NCBI GenBank assembly: GCA_051362555.1
Contig: CM120643.1
Span: forward strand, 1,426,001-1,490,000
Direction: 5' to 3'
Length of the DNA stretch: 64,000 bases
DNA from: Lingula anatina
Lineage: Eukaryota; Animalia; Brachiopoda
Numbering within the stretch: the first letter of the stretch is position 1; every line of letters begins with the position of its first letter. A program made the translations under genes and the position numbers. Under the pieces are notes generated by a model. That model had not been told where the DNA came from and searched no databases. It saw nothing but the letters and a program-made list of their open reading frames with translations. Positions 1 to 13,500 of this stretch are shown one piece after another.

Positions 1-10
1 TCATCATCAC

Positions 11-11
<1 letters not shown>

Positions 12-45
<34 letters not shown>
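12..45. repeat. (ATT)n microsatellite
   Basis: Run of ATT units just upstream of a splice acceptor. Confidence 0.9.
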
Positions 46-47
<2 letters not shown>

Positions 48-58
48 TTGTTTTTCAG

Positions 59-1546
59 TCTCAATCAAGACGAGTACAAACCTTGGCAACATACATTCCC
101 GGCGTGCAGCCGCCTCAGATTCTGGTGCAGAAGATAGACATCAAGGGGCCCAGTTTCCAGAGGGTCGTCATGCCTCAAATATCGCACTTCAAGATGGCGG
201 ACCAGGACAAGGAAAGTCGTCTGCGGGGCCTTCTTTTCACCACATCCACCGCGCAGTGCCCTGATGACGTCACATTCCCGACACCTCCGGTTGGATGGCG
301 TGTACAGGAGAACACGACACAGTATCTGAAGGTCAGTGAGGGTCAGTGCTTTTACCCTCCCGTCACAATCCCCATCCCCAATAGAGACGATAAGGTGATT
401 GTTTTGCTAGATAAGGGGCGAAATTGTTCAATGGCTGATGACGGAGAGATTTTTGGAGGGGTTTATGACACGAAGAGTTGTCGTTTGGACAGTGTCACAT
501 TTATCGCAACCGGTGTCACGCGCAGAAGCAGCGTTGTAGCAATCAGTACCACCACCACAGGGACCACTAGCGTCATTATCGCTGGTTGTGCAGAGAACAA
601 CGGGCCAACTCAGGGGTGTTTCAGGACAATTTCTATACAAACTATCCAAAGCAAAGAAAGTGGGAAGGAGCTATCAGTGGCCTTCGCTGTGTCCAAACCG
701 ACTTACTTTGATAAAATGTCTCTTGTTCAGGGACTACCATTCAACTCCACCCTGTCTCAATCCTACATTTTTCTTACTCTAGACACGGAATTCGGCAAAC
801 TGGGGTTTTCAGACCAAAGAAAAACAATGCTGGATATCAGGGAATCAGAAGTATCACTTGAAGTCCTTAAAGGCCTGGACATTCCAGACGGGGACCGGTT
901 CCCCGTGGCGATATCTCCTGATGACAACTACGTCGCCGTCATAGGAGAACAGCGGGAAAAGAATCAAAACGCCAGCATCGTGTTACTGATATTCAGAAGG
1001 AATGATGACGGTTTTGTTCTCTGTGGCCACAGGGTCCTCGTATCAAGGGCCTCTGCGCGCGAGTTAAAGCCAACAGACGACTTCCCTACCCGTCACTGTG
1101 TGCTGGAGTTCAGAAAGGATTCAAAGTTGTTAGCTGTGAGCGCCGTTCGTGAGGAAGACCGCCGCCACTGCTTGAGCCTGATTGACCCACAGGGCGGCCA
1201 TGATGTCCAGTGTCTGCATGGAGAGGGAGAGGCTATACTTGGAGGAGCGTGGGTTGGTGCAGACTTCTGGACTGTCCATCAAGCTGTTGAAAAAGACGGT
1301 CAAATAAAAAGTCCAACAAAACTGACAAAATGGCACTCGCCAGCAGCAGGAGACAGTGAGCACACGGCCGATACTCAAGAACTTCAGGACTGTGATAGCG
1401 GACTGAAACTGGCGGATATGTTTTCACAAATCAAAGTAGCAGACGACGGGAAGATCGCTGCCATTACGTGTACTACTGTGAAAGGAAACGGAATCCATGT
1501 TGTGTCCATTCATAGCAATGGCAAGAAGACTGAGAATGAACAATAG
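59..1546 (+). CDS. Terminal exon of a beta-propeller (WD40/YVTN-like) protein; 5' exons lie outside the window
   Basis: Acceptor ttttcag ends at 58, in frame with the 487-aa ORF. Blade-like motifs: FPVAISPDDNYVAV, LEFRKDSKLLAVS, ILGGAWVG, IKVADDGKIAAI. AATAAA at ~1733. Confidence 0.65.
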   Translation, partial: SQSRRVQTLATYIPGVQPPQILVQKIDIKGPSFQRVVMPQISHFKMADQDKESRLRGLLFTTSTAQCPDDVTFPTPPVGWRVQENTTQYLKVSEGQCFYPPVTIPIPNRDDKVIVLLDKGRNCSMADDGEIFGGVYDTKSCRLDSVTFIATGVTRRSSVVAISTTTTGTTSVIIAGCAENNGPTQGCFRTISIQTIQSKESGKELSVAFAVSKPTYFDKMSLVQGLPFNSTLSQSYIFLTLDTEFGKLGFSDQRKTMLDIRESEVSLEVLKGLDIPDGDRFPVAISPDDNYVAVIGEQREKNQNASIVLLIFRRNDDGFVLCGHRVLVSRASARELKPTDDFPTRHCVLEFRKDSKLLAVSAVREEDRRHCLSLIDPQGGHDVQCLHGEGEAILGGAWVGADFWTVHQAVEKDGQIKSPTKLTKWHSPAAGDSEHTADTQELQDCDSGLKLADMFSQIKVADDGKIAAITCTTVKGNGIHVVSIHSNGKKTENEQ

Positions 1547-2754
1547 TGAATGGTTTCATTCTGAACGTCTTAGATATTGGTGTGTTTTTATGGTAATCAT
1601 GCCTTTTTGTGATACACCTCTTTCTACTCACATGTACACTGTCGGAATTATTTGAATTAGGAAGACTGTGCCAATCTCGGTAAAATTGAACTTAAATTAA
1701 TTTGTTTAAAATTAAAAACGAGAAAATGACCCAATAAAGTAGTTGTTTAATTTAAATTATTATGCATAATAATGGACGACCAAAATTTGGCTAGCTAATT
1801 TAGACGATCTTTATTTTATTGATTCATTTTAATTGTATAGTTAACCTCAGTATGTGATTTCAGGAGAAAGGAAACATAACTCACAGCAGCCATGTGTTAT
1901 CAGCTCTACGGAGCTAACTTTGGTGGACTGTTTCAAATGTAATTTATTCAGCTTTAGAAATAATTATCTAATAGCAATGCCCATCTCACATTAAAACTGC
2001 ATTTAGACCCCTTAGTAATAAAGATATGTTAACTTTATTTATTTTGATTATTCGACTTGTCATTAAGTTGACATGATCCATCAATATCAAGACATTGTGT
2101 TGGCTTAGCTGATACACATAATGTACAAATTATAATACAAATCAAAGCCCTAGAACACCACACTAAAGACATCGGAGACATTATATAACACGTGTTCGCA
2201 ACTGATATTATAATTAAATATTAAATTAATGGAGCGTTCACAGGATACAGCTTAACTGCTACAAAAAATCAAAATCAGATATGCAGCTATGCAAGTCTAC
2301 TTGCAATAAAGACTAAGTTTGTACAAATATTATAATTCAGTAGTAAGTAATAGTAATATTATAAAAAATGACATTACACGCCTATTTAACTGTAAACAGA
2401 CAACTTGGATTTGAACATTTTTTGTGATTGAAAATCAATTATCAAATCAAAACACGTTTTTCATGTTTTTATAGAGTAATCTGCCGTTTTTCATAGTTTG
2501 TAAATACACACTATCATGTATAAATGTAATATATTTGACAAGGAGCTATCATAAAAAGAGAAAAAGTGAAAGTACGCAGTTACGTATCTGAAACCAATAT
2601 AATGAATGGTATTCTCACATGTATACTGTCCCATTAGGTAAAAATAAATGAACATGCATTTAATCATCCATGTTTGTGTGGCGTCTCAATATGAAAAGAC
2701 AATGTTGAAAGCGGACAACTTGTCAGAGAAGATTGTATATATCCATTGTATTCA

Positions 2755-4504
2755 CTAAGGATACTGCTTAGTTTCTCCATCTTTTATGTAGAAACCTGGC
2801 CAGAAATACAAGGCCTTCGTTAGCCTGTCCCTTGTTTTTTCTGGAACTTGTCTGCAGCCGTCTTGAGTTGTCATCTGGGACACACTCTTGATTACCTTGA
2901 AGACAAACAAGTACTAGTTAACATAGTAAATGGAGAACATGTATCTGAAAACCAATATGTTTCTTCAAAATATGGCATTTTAAACATTTGTATTTATTGC
3001 TGTTATCCAGAAGCAAAATGTTAATAGAGAAATATTTGCAGCTCATTGGTAGCTTAAAAACTCCTTTCACTTTGAAGATTCTTTTAACAGTTATTTTAAC
3101 AATCATGTTCTTTTTTCACTTATTTTAACTTTCATGTTCTTTTTTCTATCTAAACAGAACAAGGAATTGATTTGCCATCTTCTCTTTCATTTTGAAAGCT
3201 TTCATTAACCAATGATTTTATTTATCTTCCAGCTTCTTTGCTTTTTCTTAAATATAACGCATGTTTTGAGTTTAAGAACCAAAAATCATATTAATTTGCG
3301 ATTTTCCATATTCTCTGTTTTCAGTATCAATATTTTGATTGGTTCAGAAAGTTGCTCCACTTATAAAAAATCTGAGTATTTTTCAAACTTAAGAGCACCA
3401 CATTTTCTCTTATATCAAATCTACACAAATGTTTTACCCTTCTATCTATGTATCTTACACATGTACTTGAACATGCTAAGCCATCAGCCATATTTCAGCG
3501 GTATACATCTTGTTTCACCATTTATTATTCAGACTTTATTTTGGACTAAAACAATGATACGCTAGGCAATACAAATATCCTTTTCACAGTCGTAATTTTA
3601 AAGAAATCCCCAAAAGCAATAATCAAACTTTGAAAAGAGAGTAAAAATCCACTGGACTGATTACATGTTAGAACCGCTCAAAGTGGGTCAATCCAGTTAA
3701 GCATACTGCTATTTAATAGACCTGTCCAACATTTCTTATTGGTGCAGGGAACTTAAAGCGCTGTTGCTCAGGCAGGTAGAGAGCTATGTATGGGAATGTT
3801 ATATTGAAGGAACTTGGCTTCGTGGGCGGTGAAACGCAATCTGATTGCTTCCTGCATCATGCACAACTTTCTAAACTGCTTAAAATCTCCGATACCCCTG
3901 TACCCGATGTGACGTTGATAGAGACGACGGTCACCCTTTGTTCTTATATTGGATTCCCCTTTTTAAAATCAACAACAGATAAATCTCTATTCTCTACTCT
4001 TATAAAGAATACTGTTGTAATACGTGATTACCTTTGTCAATATATCAGATAGATGGGTGTCACATGCTCTCTCCAAGAGCTCTCTCACCAGACACTGAAT
4101 GAACCACGTGCCATGTGTAGTAGATCGCCAAGACTTGTCACCTGAAAGGTTAATTCAGCAAACTTCAGTTTGGCGACTGGATGTCAAACCGTTAGTAACG
4201 TTAGTCACCCTGCAGCTAAGGGTATTTTAACATAAAATTGACTGTTATACCTTATCTAGTTATACTTATTTCACATGTCTTTTGTGTAGGATTCTTGTCC
4301 ACAAAGAGAAAGTATCAATAGAAGAAACCGCTGAAAAAGAACAAGCAGACTTCACAATCTTACCTGTGGTCGTTGAGGTAACTAATATCATATCGGCCTT
4401 TTCTGCTATTTCTCCGTCTTCAGTATTTGAGGAAGTATTTTGCGGCTTTGTTGTCATTTGCTTGGGTTTCGTTTTTACATCTGACGCACTTTTATCCTCA
4501 CGTT
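2755..4504 (-). CDS. Gene A exons 13-15: caspase inter-subunit linker and small (p10) subunit
   Basis: ADMILVTSTTTG|DKSWRSTTHGTWFIQCLV..HLSDILTK|V..RQVPEKTRDRLTKALYFWPG; stop at 2755. Confidence 0.88.
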
Positions 4505-7500
4505 CTGTGAAATAAAGGATACTTTTTTTGTACTTAGACAACAGAAAGTTAATGAAGTATAATGCAGCAATTCCCAAATTGTAATTGACAAAAATCGTTT
4601 TGCTTTATACTGGGCAAAATTGAACAATATATTGCTTGAAATACATAAACGAACTACATTTTGACAGCGCAGCATTGGCCAACTTTTTATCTAAAAATAA
4701 TAATAGCAACGCCATCCGTTTGTATAAAAGTGCAAAGTGCAGTATCTAGTACTATACAACATGATAGCTTTATGTCTCCTCCATCTCAGTGTACCACAAA
4801 CTTTTATAGTCTCATTCATAGCAAGAAAGAAGGCAACAAGGAATATTGTTTGTTTGTGATTTGGCCAAACCAGGCCGCTTTTATTATATAACTCCTCTAT
4901 CCTAATCGTATTAACAATAATAACAATGTAGCAAATTGTTGCCTGTATTAAATGTTATGGCCTTAGGGATAAAAATTATATATCAAATATTCAATGAGAC
5001 TCATCATCCTAAAAATTACCATGCGATGAGTCAGCAAAAGTTATTATTTACCAACAATTTTGCAAAAAATTCATTTGTGGGGTTGCAAAAAGGCCCCCAG
5101 CTTTAAAGTCAAAGCAGAAAACAGGAAATCAATTTAACCTCTCACTCTTTACTCATGAAATTAAAACTTGCTTCACATAGTTTGGTTCACATCAATGCCC
5201 CATATGGAAGATGGACACTTACTACTGGGACTCTGACACGCAGATATGAAGAACATCTTGGGTTTGCCCTTCAGCGCACGACACTTGGAGGCCTCAAAGT
5301 GTGCCAGTATTTGGTCATATCCTATTTGAAAACCGTTAGTGCCTATCACCGTGTTCTCTCCACCATGACTCAGGATCACCATGAAGGAAGAGTAAGCACT
5401 GTGATCAGTTCTAGCTTCAAGTTCGGCTAGTTGATTGATAGCCTGTATAATGCAATGATTGATCAATTCAGGGTGATAACAGTACACTTCGATAATATTA
5501 TATTATCAAAGAGAAATTCACTTTACCTGATCTCATCAGCGAGATCAGCGTTTGTAAATCTCTGAGGGAAAAGTTCTGTCATCATAATGAATTAAAAACG
5601 GCCAGCATTGTGTTTTTTTATATAATCAAAGAATGGATTATTAAAATAATTTCATCCTTATCATATATTCAATGACAGAAAGAGTAAATATGTAGTCATA
5701 ATAGAGTTTATAGCTGGTATGTTACCAACTGTATCTTAAGAGTAAAAATATGCGGCAGACTATGTGAACATTTAAATTAGATCAACAAACCCCAACAGTC
5801 ATGTTGTCATGCGTGAGCACCAGGTAATTTAGTTGTTGAAATAATCTTTCCAGACGTTCAACATCCACCTCTGTGCCTTCTCTGTCAGGGTAATAGTCAT
5901 TGTCAAAGCTGACATTGTTGATGATCACAGCTCTCCCCCTCAACTTTGTGTAGTTTTTGTAGACCTACGATAAATTCAAAATGGTTTTTGACAGTCGAAG
6001 TCGGGTAATTATTCACTACATTAAACCTATACTACGTGGTTTAAAGTTGCAAAGTAACAATAAAAATACATTTAGTTTTTGTCATAGCAGCTGCTTTAAA
6101 AGATGAATACATATATAAAATATTAAATACAAATACATATCAAAAATAAAACCATATAAAGAGTGACTACAAACGTTTTCATCGTCGAATGCCTCCTTCT
6201 GGAAGCGGTCAAGTGAACAAGGCCGGACCTTGACTTTCTCTTCCATGCTTGTGCCTGAAATGATAAAATTGTATATAATGTGTCTAGCTTAAACTGGGTT
6301 CCCATACGCAGATCATTCCATTTGGATCGGTCTAACTCCTTGGGGAGCATCACTAAATTGCTGTCAACTTACCGGCGTAAATGCTACACAACGTCGTACT
6401 CACTTGGGCAAAATTAAAAGCCAATATCCCCGTTTCAATTTACCACTTCGAGGGAAAGATTTATAACAGCACCATTAGAGCTTTCAAGCACCGGAGGATT
6501 GTGTTCATTCGTTACATCTAAGCTTTTCCAGGGATTAATTCTTGGTAGGGGTTATGGTTTATGTGTCAAATATAATTGGGATGTCTTTGATAATTTAATA
6601 CAGATAAAGAATTTTTGACGCAATTCTGTTGCTGCCAGAGAGCACTAGCGAATTATGCAGTCTAAACGTGTCTATTTGTGGGAAACTTTTACTTCTAAGG
6701 TTACAGAGACGACTCCTCAGAAGGTTATACGCGTTAGATCTCTTATATAAATTTGTTTTTAAATAACGATTTGAAATTACAAAGCTGTTAGAATAAGCTT
6801 TTATTGATTCGCAACATGCTGTTTGAGAATATCGGTCAAGAAGATAGACATACTGTTCGTGTCCGACATAGATATTTTTTTAAAGTCAGATGACGTAATG
6901 TGTTGTAGTCCAATAGCTGTTAAGTAATGCGGGGGTCTCTGTGTATAACGCCGAAGTAAAGAAATTAACTTTACAATTAAAAGTAATTAGGTTTGACGTA
7001 CATCGCACAATAGTGCAGCATTGGATCCATGTAAGATAAGAAATTAGTATATAGGCAAGGAGAACTGATACTTTAGGGGGAGGTAGAGAGAGAGCGAAGA
7101 AGGAGGTTAGGAGAGCTAGGAGTTGGAGACCACGTAGAATATGTATAGTTACCGAGCGTCAACGAATACATCGTTTAACTGGTCATTATGTGGAATAGGG
7201 TTTTCTTTGCGTGACCTTACGTAAATCTGACACGAACCGTGGAATCTTTAGATTGCGTTATCCACTAAGTTAGTCTAAAACGCAATGTCCTATTTCGAGC
7301 CCACGCTTGAATTAAGCGTTCAAAATTACATAAGTTTATGTCATTCATTCCATATGTATATGAAAAGGTTCATTACAATACGCCACCATATATCTGCAAC
7401 CCCCCTACTGCTTAACATGAAAAAGTGCTGTCCTCGAAAACAAGTATGATTTTACGGACAAATTTCTGAACACCTGATCTTGGATTATTTCTACAGTATG

Positions 7501-10500
7501 ATGCCGTATCCAATTTTTTGTGACCTGACCCGCAAAACGCAAGGCTGCGCACTCTTTTTATCTTTTGAATGTTTAACATTAATCAAGATACGGAGTATCA
7601 ATTACAAGTGCTCGGGTGGGGTGGGAGCATGGAGGGAATGAATAATTATAAGCAGTATCCTTGGGACACAAGGTTACTCTGCAATTTATCTCTTACAATC
7701 TATGCTGTAAAATATTACCCAAGTAGCCTGTTGATCGCGCGAATCAACCAATTGATCGTTAATTGGGTTGCTTAACTGCAAGTACTGTAATTAACCCCTT
7801 CCCCTTCCCGGAACGTCATACTGGCAGGTTTCCAAATGAAGACTATACCGCAGAAAAAGTTTGGGGCCCAAAAGAGAGCCAGCTAAGGACACGTTTGGGG
7901 AAGAAGAGAGGCGTAACACGACACAAAGGTCTGATCAACTTTATAACCATTAATGACACAATGTGCAGGATCGTAGCCAGCAATTCCAAAGGGAGGGGGG
8001 GGGGTTCTTTTCCTGAAAAAGTGGACCTTTTACAATATAATCCCCATGTACCTAGGTCAAATTTTACCCAGGTTGGACCTTTTTCCAGAAAAAAGGGGGG
8101 GGGGGGGTCTTTCGAATCCCCGAAACCCCCCTGGCTAAGGTCCTGATGTGTCTATCAATATATTAAAATTGTGGCTAAAAGACCCCTATGAAAGTTGTTA
8201 TGATAAGATTACGTCCAGTTTTGTACGTACTTGGTGTTTGAAAAGAAGCAGTTTCGAGTGGCAGGCTTTCGGAGAGATCTTGTTCTTTTTCTGCTGACTT
8301 GGCTGGCGAGAAATTGCTTTTATTTGCCAGATAATCACGCTCTGAAAGCATGCAAAATTACACAGACATGATTTTCACTTATTTCCTAGAAATGAATGTA
8401 TTTAAAAACAATTGTGCACTCGTTCATATGCTATTGCATCGGCAATAAAGCCTATGCGCATTAGTAAAATTGCGAATTAAACTCATAAACTAGTACATGT
8501 TTCCCACAAAAAAAAGCCAAAAACTTCCAAAATCTGTCTTGGATTGTGTGCTATAAACAAAACATCAGTAAAAACGTTACCGTAAAGATGAAATGTATAT
8601 ATATATTTTTCTTAAATTTTATGTCTATTGCTTGGGTAACATGTAAGGTTAGAACTCATCAAAAGCACCTCTTTCTCGTATGCCAAGTTTGCTTTCTGAA
8701 GGACGCTTTTGAGGCACCTGAGGCACATTCTCCACAGCCCCCTCTCCTAAAATAAATGAATAAATATTTATAAATAATCGGAATAAATATTTCAATTTTT
8801 ATGGAAATTTTATTCAATTATATTTTCTTATTTTGGACAACGTAGGTTGTTAACATTTGTTTAGTTCTCATTCCATCAAGTTTTAGTATCATAATGCCTC
8901 TACACTATAAGGTATTTTTTGAACTGCTTACCTGAAAACCAAACACGATATGGCGTCAAATCTATTCGCTTATCGGAATTTCCAACGACTCTATTGATGA
9001 CATCATTTGTTTGGACGGTCTGAGAGTCTACTAAAACATTTTGGCATATTTTGTCATTTTTTACCCTGATGAAGTACCTAAAATTCATCCCGGGGCAGTA
9101 TGCCGTTTGTAGATCTGACAACTCGCGTTCAACTGTTTCTCGTGCATTTGAGTATACCCAGGGCTGTGGTGGACTAGCAGTAGCGTTTTCTTTCTTTATC
9201 AACAGTTTCATGGCATTTTCTTCAATGACCAGGTGAAGAATTGACTGTTCATCCTTCAGACAGAAAGAGGCACTGTCAAACCCAACAACTGGAATTTTGT
9301 GTACATAGTTTTGAGCGTTATACGTCCCTAACAGACTGATGATCAAACGATGAAATAACCCATGAGGGAAAAATATGTGAGGGTATGAGATGAGTAAAAA
9401 CTTCTTTGAATCCCTCTCAGAAGACGCAGGATTCGCACTGGCATTGGGTTTAAGCATACTGGGAACAAGGTAGGTTCTCGTCCCCAAGTTTGACAGTGGG
9501 AATTCAACCGAATCAGATATGTCGAACATCAAATCAAAATGCAGCATAAGTCGAATTACAACGGGCTTTATTTCAGCCATCTTTATTCTTTGTAGATATC
9601 GATCAAACACCTCCTCTTTTAGTGTCCCTCTTCTCAGATCAGCTTTCAGATTATCAAAGTGGGTGCCTTCAGGGTCAGTATTGGCCGTGGCCATCATGGC
9701 AGGTTCACTGACGGGTGGGGTTATGATGGCAGAAAACAGATCGGCCAACCACTGTGGATTCAATATGACGACATTTTCCAGTCCATCCACTTTGAAGTGT
9801 AGGACGTTTCCCAGGCGGTGATGGTAAGGGACAAACATTTCATCTAACTCCGCGTCAGGGATTCCAACTAAGCTCGCCATTTCACGCAGTTCTTTAATAT
9901 CTATGAGTGGCTTTTCTTTACTCTTCTCTGCCAAATCCAATTCCAGTTGGATCCAATTTACTGGAACAGTAGTCTCACCGTAGCTTGTAAAACCAGACAG
10001 ACATTCGATTGCACTTTTTATGTTATCAAACTCCTTATTTTCAGCCAAGTTGCTAATGCCATAATAATTGAAGACGTGGGACTTGAGTAAAGGCTTTTCG
10101 TTGAGACACTCCTCGACTTCACGAAGAATCTTGTCAACCTATAAATAAACATGATGTGGGATTTTATGCCGTTGTTCACATGATGATGTCAATTTACTGT
10201 ACAAAGCAGATTATCCTTTTGTAATGGATATGTATCCACTTCCTTCTAGGAAAGGGGGGGGGGCAGATAGAAGGTGTATATAAACTAATAAATTAGGAGG
10301 GGGTAAAAAAGTGACACGTTTAAGTAGACACAAAATTATGTCAACGTTTAGGCAAAGACGTTCACCAAAGCCAGAAAATCGTGTCTTTGTATTACATGTA
10401 ATGTCCCAGACTTAAACCCCTTTTTACACTGAAAGGTGACCTTTAAGCGACCATGAAACTTTGAGGTCGCCTAAGAGAGTGGACGTTGTTTGAGTGATCT

Positions 10501-13500
10501 TAGGCGACTTCTGGGTGATATCACATTGTTGGGTATACTGTCAGTTTTTTGCTGCGACCATGAAGGCACATGGACCTCCTATGTATCACCCTTGTACTAT
10601 CTGAGAAAGCAACGTGTCTTCTTTAAACCTCCAATTCGTCATGGGTGCCATGCATATATTGCACAAACATAAGTGGCATGCAATTACTTCGTGATAGACA
10701 TTGGTGAGGGGTGCATATTATATGAGGTGGGTGCTACTAAAGGATTTATAAGACAAATGTGATAAGGAATTGGATATTCACCTGTGACTTGAATTTTTTT
10801 TTATGCAATTTGTCCTTATGAGTTCCAATAATCAACACGGATGGCGTGATAGTCTTGTCTTTTTTCTCTAATTTTCCAACTGTGTGCATGTGGATTGAGT
10901 TCAACCAAAACATTACAAATTCTGAAACGTTTATAAAAAAGTGATGCGTTAAAGATGAATGTTGATCACTAAGTTTCTACTTTCTACTTCACGTTTTCTA
11001 TTTTTTAACAAAATTCTACATGGCCACTACCGTTGATTAATAACTATATCAATCAAAATACCCAGACCAAATTTTGAAAAAAAACAAACCCAAAATAGCA
11101 CCTCTTATGTAGATATAAATATATACTTTATCATACCTTTCACTGTCCTCTCTCCCCCATACATAGGAATCTTGCCTTTGTGCCATTTGTCAAGCCGGAA
11201 CACCAACAGGTAGATGACCTGCTGTGAGAGGAACGTCTGGTGAGTGGTGTAGTAGACATCTTGGCCTCCGAAATCCCAAATTGTGATCCGTTTCTCGGGA
11301 TCCACAGGTTCTCCTCGAGTCATTTTCTCCATTTTTTTTAGCAGCCTCGGATCGATATTCTTGTACCTGACTGCCGCTGTGAAAATTACAATAAGGTTTG
11401 CTCGGTAAAGTATTGTGGATTTATGTCATTTAATTTTTGTGTTTTTTGAAGTTTTAAAGAAAATTGGTAATTGTTAATATCTTGGAACTTAAAAATCTAT
11501 ATTGTTTGCAGTATATTAATTAAATCTCAGCATTGAATCTAACGAACGAGCTCAGACTAATCGGCAACTCTGACCGGATGGCTCAAATGGTAGAGTGCTC
11601 GCCTCCGGTGCAGTAGGTTGTGGGTTCAATCCCCGGCCGGGTCATACCAAAGACCATCATAAAATGGTACCTACTGTCTCCTTGCTTAGCACTCGGCATA
11701 TAAAGGTTGAAGTAGGGAACAAAGACAATACTGTTGAATGAATGGTAACAGAGGCCCATGTGGAAGATAAGCTTACGCTTAACATGTTTACCCTCTTTAA
11801 ATAAAGTTAAAAAAAAATAAAAAAACTCTCGTTGTAGTAGTAGCGTATTATTTACCTGTTGTCTTGTCAGAAGGGGGATGTGGTTCACTGTCTACAGGAG
11901 GAGAAGCTAGAGAACATATACGGTTTGCATAAATATATCATAAAGGCATTAAAAACCCACGTTGTTAAAATAAACAGGAACATAACTGGGAGATAATTAT
12001 TTAAACATTAATTTTCACAAATTTCTATATATTATAACAAGTCGGAAAAGACTATTTATGTCACTGAAGTAGCATAACCTTTTACAGCATGGAAGAATGT
12101 TTTTTTGGCAAGCAAGAAGTGTAAATGTATTGTTTACTTTACATTATAACCTAACACGTACCGCTTTCGGCTTCCTGTGTGAATTCTGCTGATGGCGGCT
12201 GGCCCATTTGGTCTAGCTGGAGGTATGTCTCTGGCTTCTGCATTGCGCTTGCCATGTGTCGTACAAATTGATTTTCTGGGACATGTTCTGGGAGAGTCGT
12301 GTGAATAACATTCAAGTTGATGCAGCGTTTTGTAACAAGGCGTATAAATAGTTACAGCTTTAAAAATTTGTACTCAAACCTTTGTGAAAAAACAAGCTGA
12401 GACGAACACTTTATAAACATGGAATCGTTGTAGTTGTTTCCAGGTATTTCTCTAAAAACTCATGTATATATTAATGAGCAACTGATCATTTTGTAAATAT
12501 ATGCACATTACTGGCTACAATCTATGGTCACCCCTTTCGTAAAAGTATTAATTAACTCTCGGCTACCACCCCATGTGAGACCCCCATAACTCCTTTTGTA
12601 CGCTCTATTGGTACAACTGCATATAAAACAACATATTTCCTGTTTTTGCTTTTTTTGTTTTTTTATAACCCAAATCCATCAATGTCAGAAGTGTTCCTAT
12701 ATTCTCATTACCTGTTTTTTTGACCCAGAGAGATTTATTGACTATACACACGTGGCGGTGTATCTCAACGCCAGGTGTAAGAGCATCTCTTTCGTTGTCA
12801 TATTTTTCTTGCAGGAGGCGCCGGGCGAGGTGAGTCTTCCCCGCACCAGAAGGTCCAACAATAGCTACTCGCTGTCGGTATACTGTAATCTTACCACTTT
12901 CACATAAGCGGCGAACCAGTTCTCCAAACTCTCCTAATAAACATAACATGTCAATCATAATATTGCTTCAGAAGTACTGTATATACTCGCTTATCAAAAA
13001 GAGTGTCACCTGTTCCGCAATTACATATATTGCTTAAAATGGTACCATTGTATTGCATTTTTTATTACATATTAGATTGTTTGAGTACATCGACCGAAGG
13101 AAACCACACTCAGAGAAGAAAGAATATTTATACGCCTTCCTCGTAGAAACTTTTCAGGAAATAAAGAAACTTGACTGCAACATTTAACATATGTTTTTGA
13201 TTTTATCGTCAGGAGACGTCTGCAGAGTCATTTTGGCAAGTTTTGCCTTTAGGAGACTAGAGGTCACTACCAGGAACTGTTTACTTCGCGTCAGGTGGTA
13301 TTACTGAAGCTCTGGCATGAACACCAGCCAATAACTGGGTAATGACACTGTTCTCAGATGAAAGCAGGTTAAGCGTTGCCAGAGTTTATGGAGGCGCAAG
13401 GATATGGAGAAGAACAGGTAAGAAGTGTCTTCCCAATTGTCTTCCTCTTGTCGACAGGACGCAATAAAAAGTTGTCATTAAAAAAAAACCAAAGGAGCAC

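Noticed and set aside
3212-3565. AT-rich short ORFs here and elsewhere (e.g. 20678-20983, 37168-37617, 41865-42167)
   Set aside because: Low-complexity chance ORFs, or antisense to real features.
5527-5561. Possible 35-nt micro-exon between caspase exons
   Set aside because: It breaks the frame or adds stops; the flanking exons already join cleanly in phase 0.
11572-11645. tRNA gene
   Set aside because: No proper acceptor stem, and it continues into a SINE body.
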